Positions 16,007 through 27,800 of a stretch of DNA of 64,000 nt are shown one piece after another (position 1 is the stretch's first letter; every line of letters begins with the position of its first letter). This DNA comes from a virus (Duplodnaviria > Caudoviricetes). The stretch covers positions 1-64,000 of IMG/VR virus record IMGVR_UViG_3300032038_000048. One strand, given 5' to 3'. The translations under genes were made by a program, and so were the position numbers. The notes beneath the pieces were generated by a model that was given only the letters and a program-made list of their open reading frames with translations, did not search any database and had not been told where the DNA came from.

Positions 16007-19000
16007 TTATACTGTTGCTTGGTTCTGTACTATCACTGTGTTCTCTCCGTCATTCACGCTCACGGTGCAGGTGAAGATGGCTCTGTTGGCTGACGACCAC
16101 CCCTCGGGCATGTCGCTGTTGGTCAGTGCCAGTGTCTTTACTCTTGTCACCGAACCTCTGTGGCTGGCATCCCACGCTGTGTCGGCTGCGGTCTTTCCGC
16201 TGTCGCTCTCGCGCGTCCATGCCCACGATGCTGCGGATATGTCGGCGGTTATATCCATGTTGCCATAGAACAGATGCGGGGTGAGCACGGTGTTCACTAT
16301 GTCGCGGCGGAACTTGTCGCCGTTGGTGCTCACTATCTCCATGCTGAGGTTCTGGTTGCCCTCGGAGAGTTGCCATGAACTGCTGTTCCACGCGGGCTCC
16401 ACATACACCCCGTTCCGCGGCTGGTTGTACTTGCACATCCACCTGCATCCCCTGTGGGTGACGAAGTGACGCTCATACTGCTGTGTCACGGCATTGTAGC
16501 CTCCTGCGAGATAGTCGGTGTTGTCCTGCCACTCACCTTTGTCTACATCTATGCACACATAGTCGCCCGCTGCATCTATCTTCACAAAGTCGCTCACCAC
16601 TATTCCCTGCGCATACAGGTAGTCGCGTCCTGCGTTCACCCTGTCGCGCACGTTGGCATAGTCAAGCACGAAGTCGGGCAGTTTTCCTAATGATGTTCCT
16701 ATGTTGTCGTTACGCAGTTTGGGTTGGTCTACACCCACCAACTTTACTATCCTTCCATCCTTTGCGGAGAGGTAGAACAGTTGCTGCCTGCGCTTTATGC
16801 TTGTAAGCACGGCGGCATAGTCGGCTGATGTTGGGTCGGAGTAGTCATGGCATCCCCACCGTGCTATCGTCATTAGTTTACATGGAGGAAAGTTCTTCCC
16901 TGCTGGTGTGTCGCTGTCGCCGTAGAGCGATACCATGATTTGGTTGTCGCCGAGTGACTGGTCTGTATCTCTGTCGGCCTCCACCCTCATCCACGAGGTG
17001 TAGAACTTATTTGCTCCGTCTATTTCAACAGATGTGCTCTGATAGTCGCTGATGCCCGCTTCCTTTGCGGCAAGAGTATTGATAATGCCCTTTATTACAT
17101 TACCGTACTGCTGTGCGGTAAAGTAGCCCTCCCACTTCTCTTTCAGAGTGAGGATATATAGTGTCTCACCGCCTACCTCCACCTCTTCCACATCTTCGAT
17201 TTGGTCGTTGTCGGTAAACAGGGTGTCGCCCTCCTGCGCCTGCAAGCGATTGATGAGCAGTTCCGTCACCTCAAGCACCGACCTCACTCTCATGCTCTCC
17301 ACCTCGCCGTTACCCAGTGCATCCATCTGCCATCCCTGCAAACCGCTCACGAAGTTCCCGCTCTTCATTATGCTGTTCAGCAGTGCCGCCCCGTTAGCAG
17401 TCCACCCGTCCGCAAAGGTTATCCTGCCTTGTGCGGTGTCATCGTGGCGCTTGGAGAGAAAATAGTTTCCTCCTACCCTGGCAATCGAGTTGTATAAGGA
17501 TGTGCTGACCGTCGTTGTAGATGTTTGATTGAAAATACTTCCGTAGATCCTATCCACAGAAACTGTCAGTTTTTGAATTGTTGACTGTTCTAGGTCGTCA
17601 TTTAGAGCCAACTCAACCTGCGGAGTGTCTTTCTCTCCCTCTTTAATAGAAACACTTTGAATTGTCACGCTTTGCACTATAGGCAAAGGGGTTTGTGTAT
17701 CAGTTGTTTCTGGTATTCCCCTAAAGGAGAACTTATAGCCTGCGTATAAATTCCAGTAAACACTCTTAGTCGGTGTGTTCGCCTTTGCGTTGAAATCAAT
17801 ATTCCTTTGAAGGTAAATGTCATCTATAAACGGCTCGTATGTATATTTTGTTTCGCAATTATCGGCAAGATAATCGGTGGCCGCTCGCAATAGTCTTATC
17901 TCCGCTGCTTTAATATATGCTTCGGGGAAATCTATATTGAGAATAACAAACTCATCATCCTTGTTAATCTGCTGATTTTCGTTTGGGTAATACGCATGGA
18001 TAGAACTATCTTCCACCCTTGTTAGTTCTAATTTCCATCCTTTTTTGTTGGTGTTTGGCTCAATGTAATACTCAACGGCATCGGAGATTTTGAACTCTCT
18101 GCCTACACAACCGCCACTGTTCATGTGGATAACAGGGTCGGTGCCAGTATTGTTTATATTTTTGAAGTCAATACCCATATCCTTTATCATGATATGGAAT
18201 GGCGTGTTCATAAACACATCAGCATCGTTGACAGGCCCCCAGACATATTCGCATTTCAAATCCTCCTGCTCTTGTATATCGGGATTGAGTGTAATTTTAT
18301 ATAAAAACTCTCCCGATGATGGTACGGTGTCCGTAAAGCGTACAAACGGAGCGAAATACACGTTTACATCGCACTTTTCTTCGACATATATCTCAGTTAA
18401 ATACTGTGTGCCGTCAGCAAGGTTAATCGGCAGCGAGGGCATATCTTCGTTAAAGATGCTATTCCCTGAACCAAAAGTCTTTAGTGTAGGATATTCTGCA
18501 TTTGCAGTATATATAGTTCCGTTTGATAATACTATGCGCACTTTCCACCCTAAGAAGTAGTCGTGAGTTGCGTCCTGTATCTGGTTAATTAGCGCACCAA
18601 ACAACTTTACTGTGCCTGTGATAACGGGCGACATTTGGTACTTGCCAACATCAACTCCCTTTACCTGAAAAAGCAGAACTTCGGGAGCAGAGAATGTGTT
18701 CCCTGTTCTTGTCATTTGTGACAACTGTATGTCTACCGTATCTTTTTCAACGTTCCTTGAAACAGTGTTGGCATTTCCAATAGAACTTTCGGCCATGATA
18801 CCATCACCGACATTTACATCGCTATCTATGTTTAGTATGGTATCTATGCGCTCATTTTCTCCGTAGTTGGGAAATGCGTTTTGTCCTGATGTTCCATCCT
18901 GATCGGGAATGAGAGCCGCCCGCAACTCACCGTAAGTGCTTTCTTTTATTGTTGGATAGATCTCTTCTAATTCGGCATCACTCCCATCCCAGAAGGCCAC

Positions 19001-20080
19001 CGCCTCGCGTATTCCTTCGGGGCAGTTTGCAGCATCGTCATTCTTATCAATATACGCATCGTTGCTTTCTCCGAGCACAAGGCGCACGTCAGGGTAAATA
19101 GCCCTTATTGCTGCATTACCAGCCACCTTTGTACCTTGTCCTTCATCTATACTGTAAGGTAAGAAGGTATTCGGTAACTGGAGGTTGGTTACGAACATTG
19201 ACTGCGGCAGTGGGTAGTTTTTGTTATAATACCTATAAGGCATATTTTTTGTAGAACCCACTGCGCGTAGTCTTGTTACGATTTTCTGCGAAGAGTTGGC
19301 TGTGCGTTTTATCTTAAAGAGGCCCTTGCCATCGCTATCTACCGTCGGATAACCTTCACCATAGCCAAATAAAAACTCTTCGTCTATGGCTCCAGTTATG
19401 TCGCCAAGATCAAAGCCTATAAGGATAGTGCGACCTTGAACCACATAATCCAACTTAAATGTATTATGAACCTCCTGTAATGCCTGCGCAACAGTCCAGT
19501 TGTTGATATTAAGAGTAAAGTCGTCTGTATGAGTGGTTTCATAGTTAACCCGCACCACCCATCCATCATTAGGTCCGTAAAGTCTGTTTAAGTTTGCTTG
19601 AATAATGCCAGCTAGATATGTTACCGCTGTCAGACGTTTCTCTTCTATCATCCCCGTTGTGGGGTTCTCTATCGATGCAACTGTTTCTCCGCAGAAAAGA
19701 CTGAATACCGAAGAACCAGTATAGTTTGTACCTTCATAAGCGACGTAATCACCTGTAGTCGGCGTAATGTCTAATAGAGCGCATCTTTGAAGTTCATCCT
19801 GAGCCGAATCTAATTTTATCTGTTCGTATGCAAATCCGTTGCCTGTTTCTCCTATTCTCGCAGTTTGAACACAGGTTGGTATATAGTTTAGATAGTATGT
19901 TTGTCCGCGATATACTACATAATCGCCAATAGCCCACTCTATGGGTTTTTCTGAAAGAAGATTGAAGCTGATATACTGCTCGCCCATGATGGTGTCATGA
20001 AACTCCCATCTTTCAACACTACACCGTATTCTTGTGGTGTTGTTTTCTGTGTATAATACATCAAGTTTCTTTACAGCCAT
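16007..20080 (-). CDS. Large tail tip / Tal-hub-like protein
   Basis: 1357 aa directly after the Dit-like gene; N-terminal GEQYISFN..GDYVVYRGQTY and KIVTRLRAVGSTKNMPYRYY resemble Bacteroidota phage tail hub proteins. Confidence 0.65.
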   Translation of the reverse strand: MAVKKLDVLYTENNTTRIRCSVERWEFHDTIMGEQYISFNLLSEKPIEWAIGDYVVYRGQTYYLNYIPTCVQTARIGETGNGFAYEQIKLDSAQDELQRCALLDITPTTGDYVAYEGTNYTGSSVFSLFCGETVASIENPTTGMIEEKRLTAVTYLAGIIQANLNRLYGPNDGWVVRVNYETTHTDDFTLNINNWTVAQALQEVHNTFKLDYVVQGRTILIGFDLGDITGAIDEEFLFGYGEGYPTVDSDGKGLFKIKRTANSSQKIVTRLRAVGSTKNMPYRYYNKNYPLPQSMFVTNLQLPNTFLPYSIDEGQGTKVAGNAAIRAIYPDVRLVLGESNDAYIDKNDDAANCPEGIREAVAFWDGSDAELEEIYPTIKESTYGELRAALIPDQDGTSGQNAFPNYGENERIDTILNIDSDVNVGDGIMAESSIGNANTVSRNVEKDTVDIQLSQMTRTGNTFSAPEVLLFQVKGVDVGKYQMSPVITGTVKLFGALINQIQDATHDYFLGWKVRIVLSNGTIYTANAEYPTLKTFGSGNSIFNEDMPSLPINLADGTQYLTEIYVEEKCDVNVYFAPFVRFTDTVPSSGEFLYKITLNPDIQEQEDLKCEYVWGPVNDADVFMNTPFHIMIKDMGIDFKNINNTGTDPVIHMNSGGCVGREFKISDAVEYYIEPNTNKKGWKLELTRVEDSSIHAYYPNENQQINKDDEFVILNIDFPEAYIKAAEIRLLRAATDYLADNCETKYTYEPFIDDIYLQRNIDFNAKANTPTKSVYWNLYAGYKFSFRGIPETTDTQTPLPIVQSVTIQSVSIKEGEKDTPQVELALNDDLEQSTIQKLTVSVDRIYGSIFNQTSTTTVSTSLYNSIARVGGNYFLSKRHDDTAQGRITFADGWTANGAALLNSIMKSGNFVSGLQGWQMDALGNGEVESMRVRSVLEVTELLINRLQAQEGDTLFTDNDQIEDVEEVEVGGETLYILTLKEKWEGYFTAQQYGNVIKGIINTLAAKEAGISDYQSTSVEIDGANKFYTSWMRVEADRDTDQSLGDNQIMVSLYGDSDTPAGKNFPPCKLMTIARWGCHDYSDPTSADYAAVLTSIKRRQQLFYLSAKDGRIVKLVGVDQPKLRNDNIGTSLGKLPDFVLDYANVRDRVNAGRDYLYAQGIVVSDFVKIDAAGDYVCIDVDKGEWQDNTDYLAGGYNAVTQQYERHFVTHRGCRWMCKYNQPRNGVYVEPAWNSSSWQLSEGNQNLSMEIVSTNGDKFRRDIVNTVLTPHLFYGNMDITADISAASWAWTRESDSGKTAADTAWDASHRGSVTRVKTLALTNSDMPEGWSSANRAIFTCTVSVNDGENTVIVQNQATV

Positions 20081-20081
20081 A

Positions 20082-20612
20082 CTAACCTCCTATCGTAAAA
20101 CTTGTTACTGTTCCGCCCGAATAATTGGGTGTCACTTCTGTTATGGGGTCATATACCGTAAACTTCACTTTGAAACGCGCGATCGCATCACTATCGTTGT
20201 CTGTAACGTGATAAATATCGTTGCCAACCTCCGATACAACAACATCCTTTCTTCCTATTTTAACGTGCTCATCATAGATGGCAAGCCTCCCGCCTACCGC
20301 GTTGGCGTTCCTGCCATAAAGGAAACAAATAAAGTTTTTAATATCTTGATGTATTGAACTTTGCGTGCCAACATAGAGGAATGTTACATCTATGTCATAT
20401 TTCTGAAAAGTTATTGTATTAGGAACATAGACATCCTGCCCATCAGAGCCTATCCAGTTGCGCGTAGCAAGCTCCTTTGGTTTTGGGTATAGCACAAAAG
20501 GCATCTCTTCGCAGACTATTTTATATGTCGTCAGCAAATCCACAACACTGCCTTGCGTGTATTCAACACCATCAAAACTTAATTGCTGGATATATGTTTT
20601 CAGTATTCCCAT
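20082..20612 (-). CDS. Distal tail protein (Dit)-like
   Basis: PKPKEL..NWIGSDGQDV..KVKFTVYDP; lies between tape measure and hub. The start is moved to MGILKTY. Confidence 0.55.
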   Translation of the reverse strand: MGILKTYIQQLSFDGVEYTQGSVVDLLTTYKIVCEEMPFVLYPKPKELATRNWIGSDGQDVYVPNTITFQKYDIDVTFLYVGTQSSIHQDIKNFICFLYGRNANAVGGRLAIYDEHVKIGRKDVVVSEVGNDIYHVTDNDSDAIARFKVKFTVYDPITEVTPNYSGGTVTSFTIGG

Positions 20613-20630
20613 TACACTTCTCTTTTTTTG

Positions 20631-20638
20631 CAAAAATA
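20631..20638 (-). promoter_or_regulatory. Bacteroidota -7 promoter element (TATTTTTG) for tail-tip genes
   Basis: Matches TAnnTTTG 18 nt upstream of the ATG; no clear -33 element. Confidence 0.45.
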
Positions 20639-20733
20639 TTTACAAAATTACAATTTAGCAATTAAAATCTTGTAAAATACATACAAAAGGTGAAATTTTC
20701 CGCAAATATTCTTTTTCATTCTCTCCGATTTTA

Positions 20734-20741
20734 TATTTTTG
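20734..20741 (+). promoter_or_regulatory. Bacteroidota -7 promoter element (TATTTTTG), divergent
   Basis: Matches TAnnTTTG 4 nt before the ATG at 20746. Confidence 0.45.
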
Positions 20742-20745
20742 CATT

Positions 20746-21270
20746 ATGAACAAACTTAATAAAGAACTAAAAGGGCAAGCGGTGGCTCTAGGGCTGTGTG
20801 AACTATGGACTCAAATGTGGTCTTCCGACTGGTCGCAACAAAAGTTAATAAACAAGATGTATGACGGCATTGACTTTTGTCTTAAATATCACTGGCCTTC
20901 CAACGACTATATATCAAAACACTTCTCTTTAGATGTACTGAGAGAAAATAATGTGTTTGTAAACGACAATAGAAGCACGCTTAATCCGCAGAATAGTCTT
21001 GTTTTAGGTTCGTCTAATATCACATATAGATACAATGGCAGCGGTCATGGAATAATACACATACGCGACAACTCCACAATTAAGGTTATTGCGAAAAACA
21101 GGTCGTTTGTCGTTGTTCATCTATTTGAGAAAGCCTACATTACGGCAGAACAATACGATATGGCAAAGATAGTGATTATAAAACACTCGTCAGATGTTAC
21201 TATTATAGCCGATAAAAATATAAAGGTAAAAGAGGAATATAATTATCTGAAAAAGAACACGCTTTCATAA
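20746..21270 (+). CDS. Hypothetical protein (opposite strand within tail block)
   Basis: 174 aa; C-terminal half has repetitive beta-solenoid-like spacing. Confidence 0.7.
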   Translation: MNKLNKELKGQAVALGLCELWTQMWSSDWSQQKLINKMYDGIDFCLKYHWPSNDYISKHFSLDVLRENNVFVNDNRSTLNPQNSLVLGSSNITYRYNGSGHGIIHIRDNSTIKVIAKNRSFVVVHLFEKAYITAEQYDMAKIVIIKHSSDVTIIADKNIKVKEEYNYLKKNTLS

Positions 21271-21804
21271 TTATAGTTTTAGGGTTAACAATTTTCAAGA
21301 ATTTATAGGAGTTCGGATCTCCGAGTCCGATAATGTGCAAGCGCAAGCCTCAGGAGCGCACGCATCTTGCGTGCATCGGATAAGGTCGTCGGAACCTATT
21401 TTTTTGGAAAGCGGTTGGGACATTTTTTTGACGCATCACAGATGCTTATAGTAGGTGCGGTGGGATTGCAAATCCCACCGAGCAGACATAGCGCTTGGTA
21501 TTGAGGCACTGGAAAATTGCATCAGAAATTATTACGTTTTGTTTAATATTTCAATCAAAACAAGAAAATAACAAAAAAAATAGAGAAAATCTGCTAAAAT
21601 ACTGAAATATACATATATTTGCAATACAAAAAACATGAAAATCGGGAGTATACTCCTGAGATTTATATAAAAATTAGAAATAGACTCCACAGATTGAGAA
21701 ATATATGTATAAGAGAATATTTGACATTATAATAAGAAGTTGGATGAAGGCATGTTTTTGTTTGGCGCCCCCCAGACTGGCAAATCCACACTATTGAAGG
21801 AAGC

Positions 21805-21842
21805 AAAAGAAAGGGCCATCCGTGAAGGACAGCCCTTTTCTT
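21805..21842 (-). terminator. Terminator after tape measure gene (probably bidirectional)
   Basis: AAGGGC..GCCCTT stem immediately after the TMP stop, with T-rich runs on both strands. Confidence 0.65.
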
Positions 21843-24800
21843 ATTTTACATGGAACGCTCCGTTTGCAGACACGGTAGCGTTATTTAGCAGAGTCTCTAT
21901 TCTTGCCACTCTGTCGTACAATGCGCCGTTACCATCACGCATCATCTGCATCATGGTCTGCGTATCACTCCGTATGCCGCCAAGTTGAGTCGCTATCATG
22001 ACTACCTGCGTAATATAGTCTGCCCAATATGTTTTAACAAACTCATCATACTGCATTTGTTTCATTATGCGGATTACCGACAAGTCTTGTCGCATGGCTG
22101 CAATATAACCAGAAAGCACACCTGCGGTTTCTTCGGTCATAGAAGATTGTATTCCGTCGCCAAGTGTAGATGTGCTACTGCCCTTTAGGCCGTTGGGATA
22201 ACCTAGGTTTTTCATCATCTGGTCTATTCCGCTAAGGAACTCGTTGGCTGCAATAGACATTTGCGACCCCTCACCCCCAGGTTTAAAATAATCAGCAATT
22301 GTGGTAAGTGTGGCTCCCATGCTTGATTGTGGGTTGTTGTGGTCAAACGTTCCGACTATCTTATTGCCGTTTTCGTCAGTGTAACCAAAGATTTTCTTTC
22401 GCAGGTTTTCTATCATTGGTTCGATAAATCCAATTTTCAGGATTTCGCTTACCACACTCTGCATGATGGACTTTGCGGTATCTCCGAAAGCCTTTGCCAT
22501 ATCCTCACCGTTTTCAAACGCGCTGACGAGAGCATCATTTATCTGGTCTGCCCACCCTTTAATGTCTATTGCCCACAACTCCTTTGCAAGATCTTCGGAG
22601 AAGAAACGTATCTGGTCGTCAAGTTCGGCTATCTTACTCTTAGTTTCCTCTATGTCTTCGTTGGACTTGTTCTTCATAGACTCCTGTTTATAGAGAATAT
22701 CCAAATAATCCTGCCTCTCGTTTATCAAATTCTGATATTGTTGAGAGTAGCCGTTTCCCGATGAGTTACGCAAGTAGTAATTCATCATATCTCGCATATC
22801 TTTGCTCTGAACCTGTTCGCCAGTCCAAAGGTTTGTTGCGTTCAGTCCTGTATAACCTAGAGCATACGCCCTTCTAAGGTCGCCGCTATCATATCCTAAT
22901 GTTCTCTCGCGGGATTTCAGGATAAGGGTTGTGTTGGCTTCGATCTTCTGCACATCCTTGCGTAGTTTCTCTATCTCCCTTGCAAGTTGTTTGTCGTGAA
23001 GTTGGAATAACCCTGTAGTTAAACCTACTGCCGCTCCTGCCGCCATACCCCAAGGACCAAGGGCGCTTAACGAAGATGCGCCTTGTAATGTGCCACCAAG
23101 CAGACCGGCAGCATCGCTCATTGTATTTGCAGCTCCCTCCATACCCATTGATGCAAACATTTCCGACAACATGCTAAGTCCGCTCTGTAATGTGCTAAAA
23201 GCGGTCATAAGGTCTTTTGCTTCATCGGTTAGTTCTACAAGTTGCTTGTTCAACTTTTCGTAATGTTCCGCCTCTTTCTTTGCGTTAGCCTCATCTTCGC
23301 TACCCTCTTTGGCGTTCTTTTGTCTTTGTCTTGCTGCTTCCCCACGCGCCTTATAGTAATTCATAAGTCCATCATTACCGCCAGCAAGGAACTGACCGAA
23401 AGCGCCCCTCTCTCCAAGGAAGCCCGTTGTACTCCACTCCTGACGAGCCTTATTGAGTTTTTGTTGTTCCTGCACAAATTCATCGGGGCTTATTATGCCT
23501 AACTCACGGAGTCTTTTTATTAGTTTTTCAACTGCTTCGGCAGAATTTTCAAATTCTTTGCGAGACAATGCTATTGCGTTATTATACAAGTTAGCGTAGT
23601 CTGCACTCATCTTCATTTTCTGCCAGTCAGCCTGCGTCTGTAGTATATTGTTAGCGTTGTCAGCCTGCTCTTGTGTAAAGCCGTTTTTACCAACAAGGGC
23701 ATTATTAGCCTCTTTGTCTTGTCGTAATTTATCGTCTATCTTCTTTATCTCTGCGCTATACGACTTCAACCCTCCGACAACCTTTGCGTAATTTGAAATG
23801 TCTGTCTTTAATACGTTTCTTTGTAGGTCGCGCCACTTTTTTAGTGCATCTATAAGACCTTGCACTTTATCGTGACTTACACCCAATCCGCTTACATACT
23901 TCTCTAGTGCTTCATCATCCATATCCATAACCGAAGCAAAGTCTATGTTTGCATCCGAGAAGGCTTTCGTTAAACTATCGCGTATAGCGTTTGCTGAATT
24001 GCGCAAGTCAGGTTCGTTGCCATTCATACCTGCGAGTTGTCCTGCCATAACTTTGTCACCAGTACTCTCCCTAACGATGTTATATATCTCCCATCTGCGT
24101 ATCAGGTCGTCGAGTTGTTTCTTTGTAAACGAGGCAAAGTCCTTCAAGTTCTTCTTTGCATCATCGAAGCCAACCTGCGTTATTGCATCTTTCAACTCCT
24201 TGATAACATCTAGCATATAACTGTTCTTGTGCCCTTTGGTATTATATAACCCTTCGGCTTCCGTAAGGAGTCTGCGGAGGCTGGCAGAATACTCTGTTAT
24301 TCCTTTTTCTGCATCCCATGTAATACCTACCTTTTTTAATATGTCGGCATACTTCTTTTCAATCTCGGCAAAGGCATCTGCGGGTGAATATTTAAGTTCG
24401 TCTTGATATTTCTTGTACCACGAATAAGCATCTTTAACCAGTTTGATTTCTTCACGCAGTCGCTTTGCTTCCTTGTCTTCGTGAGAGCCCTTACTTCCAC
24501 TCTTCTTTTTCTTGTCTTTATTGGGGTCTGTTTCGGGATAATTTTCGGCCTTTAGATACTTCTCATCCTCCCTCTTAGCATTAAGGCTTTCGTAGAAGGG
24601 CATTATTTCGCGTTCAAGAATATTTTGCAGGGTGTTTGCAAAAGAATCGTTTCCTTGCACACGCAAGGCAGCAATTCTGTCTTTTATTGTCTTTATTGCA
24701 CCCTCCATTTGTTTGGCATCCATAATGAACGATGCACTTGCCTTTATGTTAAACTTCACCCTAAGCGTCTGCTCTATATGCGATGCTTCAAACTTTAGAT

Positions 24801-27800
24801 ACTCTTTCTTTTTCTTTAGATCATCCTGCACAAGTTTTACAAAATCGTGCATGGAGTCTGTCATTTTTATTTTGGTCTTAACGCTGACATTTGTCTCAAA
24901 GATGTCCTTTGCTCGTTTCTGCCAGTCGCTTTTAAGGTCAACCAGGGTCTTACTTGTATCAAGACCTTCCTTGAACATTTTCCTCCACGACTCCTTGACA
25001 ATATCGGGCAGTTTACCACCGAACAGATTTTCTGCCCACGCGATTATGATAGCCGAGTTTTCTTCAAGTATCTTATTTAATTCATCTCCTGTGGTAGACT
25101 CTGTAACCATGCCAGCGGTAAGTGACTGGAATTTCTCTAACGCCATCTTCTTAAACATATTCGCTGCTATGTCTGCACCTCCTGAACTCTGCGCTACAAC
25201 AGAAACGAAATCAAACATTATCTGGTCTATCGTAGCAGGGTCGGAGATTTTTGCCTCTGAGAAAAACTTCATCATAGCCTCTTGCAGGTAATGTGCCTGC
25301 CCGTCGGGGTCATCATTGAAGTAATTAGTAAGCACGCCAATCATTGTCGGGGCAAACTCTTCAAAATCTTTGATAAGTTGCTCACGCTGGTCTTTTAGCG
25401 ATTTTCTAAGAAACTTATTGCTTCTTGTTGCATCGTCGGCGAACTGAACGAACTCTTTGTTCATATTCTTGCCGAACATCCACCCATCAAGACCATCGAT
25501 TTTTTTATTTCCACCATCGTCCTTAAAGTACTGCGCGTAAACCCACTCTCTGAACGCATCTGCCCTTGAACCGAGATTCAAGCGTTTCTGAATTTCGTCT
25601 AGTTCACCACCCAGCTTGCCATTAACATTATCCAGCGTGGAGTCGGTTACTTCCATAATGTCAGTACCAAACTGACGGTAACGCTGTGCAAAGTCAGCCA
25701 TATCTTCTGTAAGATCGTCACTAAACGTACTGCCTATATCTTTTGCTGCATCTGCTATAATATTACCTGTTGCAGCCGAAACATCATTGGCATGACGGAT
25801 GCTCTCAAATTTTTTGATAATAGCCTTGAACTGCTCCACTTGATCCTCCATCTTATAAATATCCACCAAGTCACCCTGATAGAATGGAGACATTGCCTGT
25901 AGTTTCTCTTGTAACTCCTGGAAAGTATCTAAACTTAGTTCATTGCGTATAGCATCATCGTCAAAGTCCGTCCTATAGGTTTTGACAAGTCCAGAGCCGG
26001 CATACTGTCTTTTATATAACCGCCTATCAAACAGACTGCCTTTTACGCTTTCAATCAGATCGTTGGCTTCCTTTTCGTCGTTGTCACCTTCGGTACGCAT
26101 TTGGTCTGCGATGCGTTCTGCCCTTGAAGCCATTTCTGAATTACGTTGTATAAGATGTGTGATACCTGCTATAGCGCCCATAAGAAGGGTTACAGGATTG
26201 GCGATTGCAGACATCATACCGCCAAACACGCTGCCTATTTTTGCGCCTAAATTACTGACGGTATATCCAATACTTCTCAGGCTCCTACCCATGCCTGTCA
26301 ACTGTGCGTTATATTGTGCCTGTAATTTACTAAGTCCAGCCAGTCTGCCCGCTGCTTCGCGATATGTCTTCGGTAGGTCTTTATCTACAGACATACTGCG
26401 CAAAGCCCGCTTACTTATGTTGCCTTCGCCAAGTGCCTTGTTTGCGGCAGTCATAAACTGCCTTGTCTCGCGCCAAGATGGAGCAAGCATTGGGTTGCCA
26501 TATCTGCCAGCAAACCCTTGATCGAAACTACCAAAGAAACCTCCTTTTGCAATCGGCTGGCGAATGGCATTTTGCGCACGCGCCATATCCTTTAGATTGT
26601 TTACAACCACAGCACCCTGCTTTCCTGCCGTAGCGTTCACTGCCAGCATAGCCAGTTTAAGCATACCAAGGGGAACAAGTATATCTTTGATGATGGTAGC
26701 ATACTTCTCCCAATTCGCTGTCAGTTCATTCAGAAGTTCCACACCACCCATCAATACACCCTTATTATCCTGTCCCATTTCGGACATCATAATGTTGTAG
26801 TTATTGCGGAGGTTGCGAAGTTTACCACCAAGAGTATCAAACTGACGCTCCTGCATATTATAGAAACGGCCACCAGGCTTATCCAAATCCATGATAACCT
26901 TCTCTACATCTTCAAAGGATATATCCTTGTTGCGCATACGCTTAAAGACTTCGCGTCTTGTTACGGAGGGATCTTGCTGACGATAGTATTTTGCCAGACC
27001 GCCAATAAGGTCTACACCTGCTGTCTCAAATTGCCTGTTTTGAATACCAGATAGATAACCAAACGAACGAACGTGACCGTATGCAAGAATAAGACGCGAC
27101 ACATCAACCGAAAGGCCGGCACCAATATCCGACAACGCTTTCATTGTACTATACAAATCTTTCGTCTGTACACCAAACGCAGCCAATTGTCGTGTTGATT
27201 TCAGTAAGTCCTGAAATGTGTACGGCGATTGCTGTGAGAGGTCGCGGATAGCACCATAAAGTTCACCTGCTTTACCTGCGTTGGCGATAATAACCTCCAG
27301 TGATTTACGTTGCAGTTCCAGTTCGCCCGTTATCTGCGCCATATTCTTTATGAAAGACTGCGCCCCCCATACACTAAGGTATTGTGTAGCCATTGTTCGC
27401 AAGTCGGAGAGCACCTGAGATTGCTTTTGTGCTTGCGAGTTGGTATTGGCAAAAGCATGAGCCAACTTCTGCTCTTCTGCTGTCTGCTGTCCTGTGGCAG
27501 ATGCAGCCCTCATTTTTTCTTCCGCAACCTTTTTCGTCGTTTCGGCTTGTACCCTTGCCTGTTCTGCTATAGGCTCCGTTCTTGCTTTCTGATAATCTAC
27601 ACCTGACTTAAATGAGGTAATACCATATCCTCCGCTATTTACAATAGCTTCAAGTACTTTTAGGTATCTTTCCAAGGCTGCAATCTGACTATAAATCTTC
27701 GTTGTGTCAACCATTACAGCATCGGCCTTAATAGCGGTTTTTGTAAGACTGGCTATTTGACGCAACACAGAAGAATACTCCTTATACGACTCAGCAAGAG

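Noticed and set aside
21458-21480. tRNA-Cys look-alike (GAT-TGCAA-ATC anticodon-like arm)
   Set aside because: No D arm, T-psi-C arm or acceptor stem around it; it is only a perfect hairpin resembling Bacteroidota REP-like palindromes.
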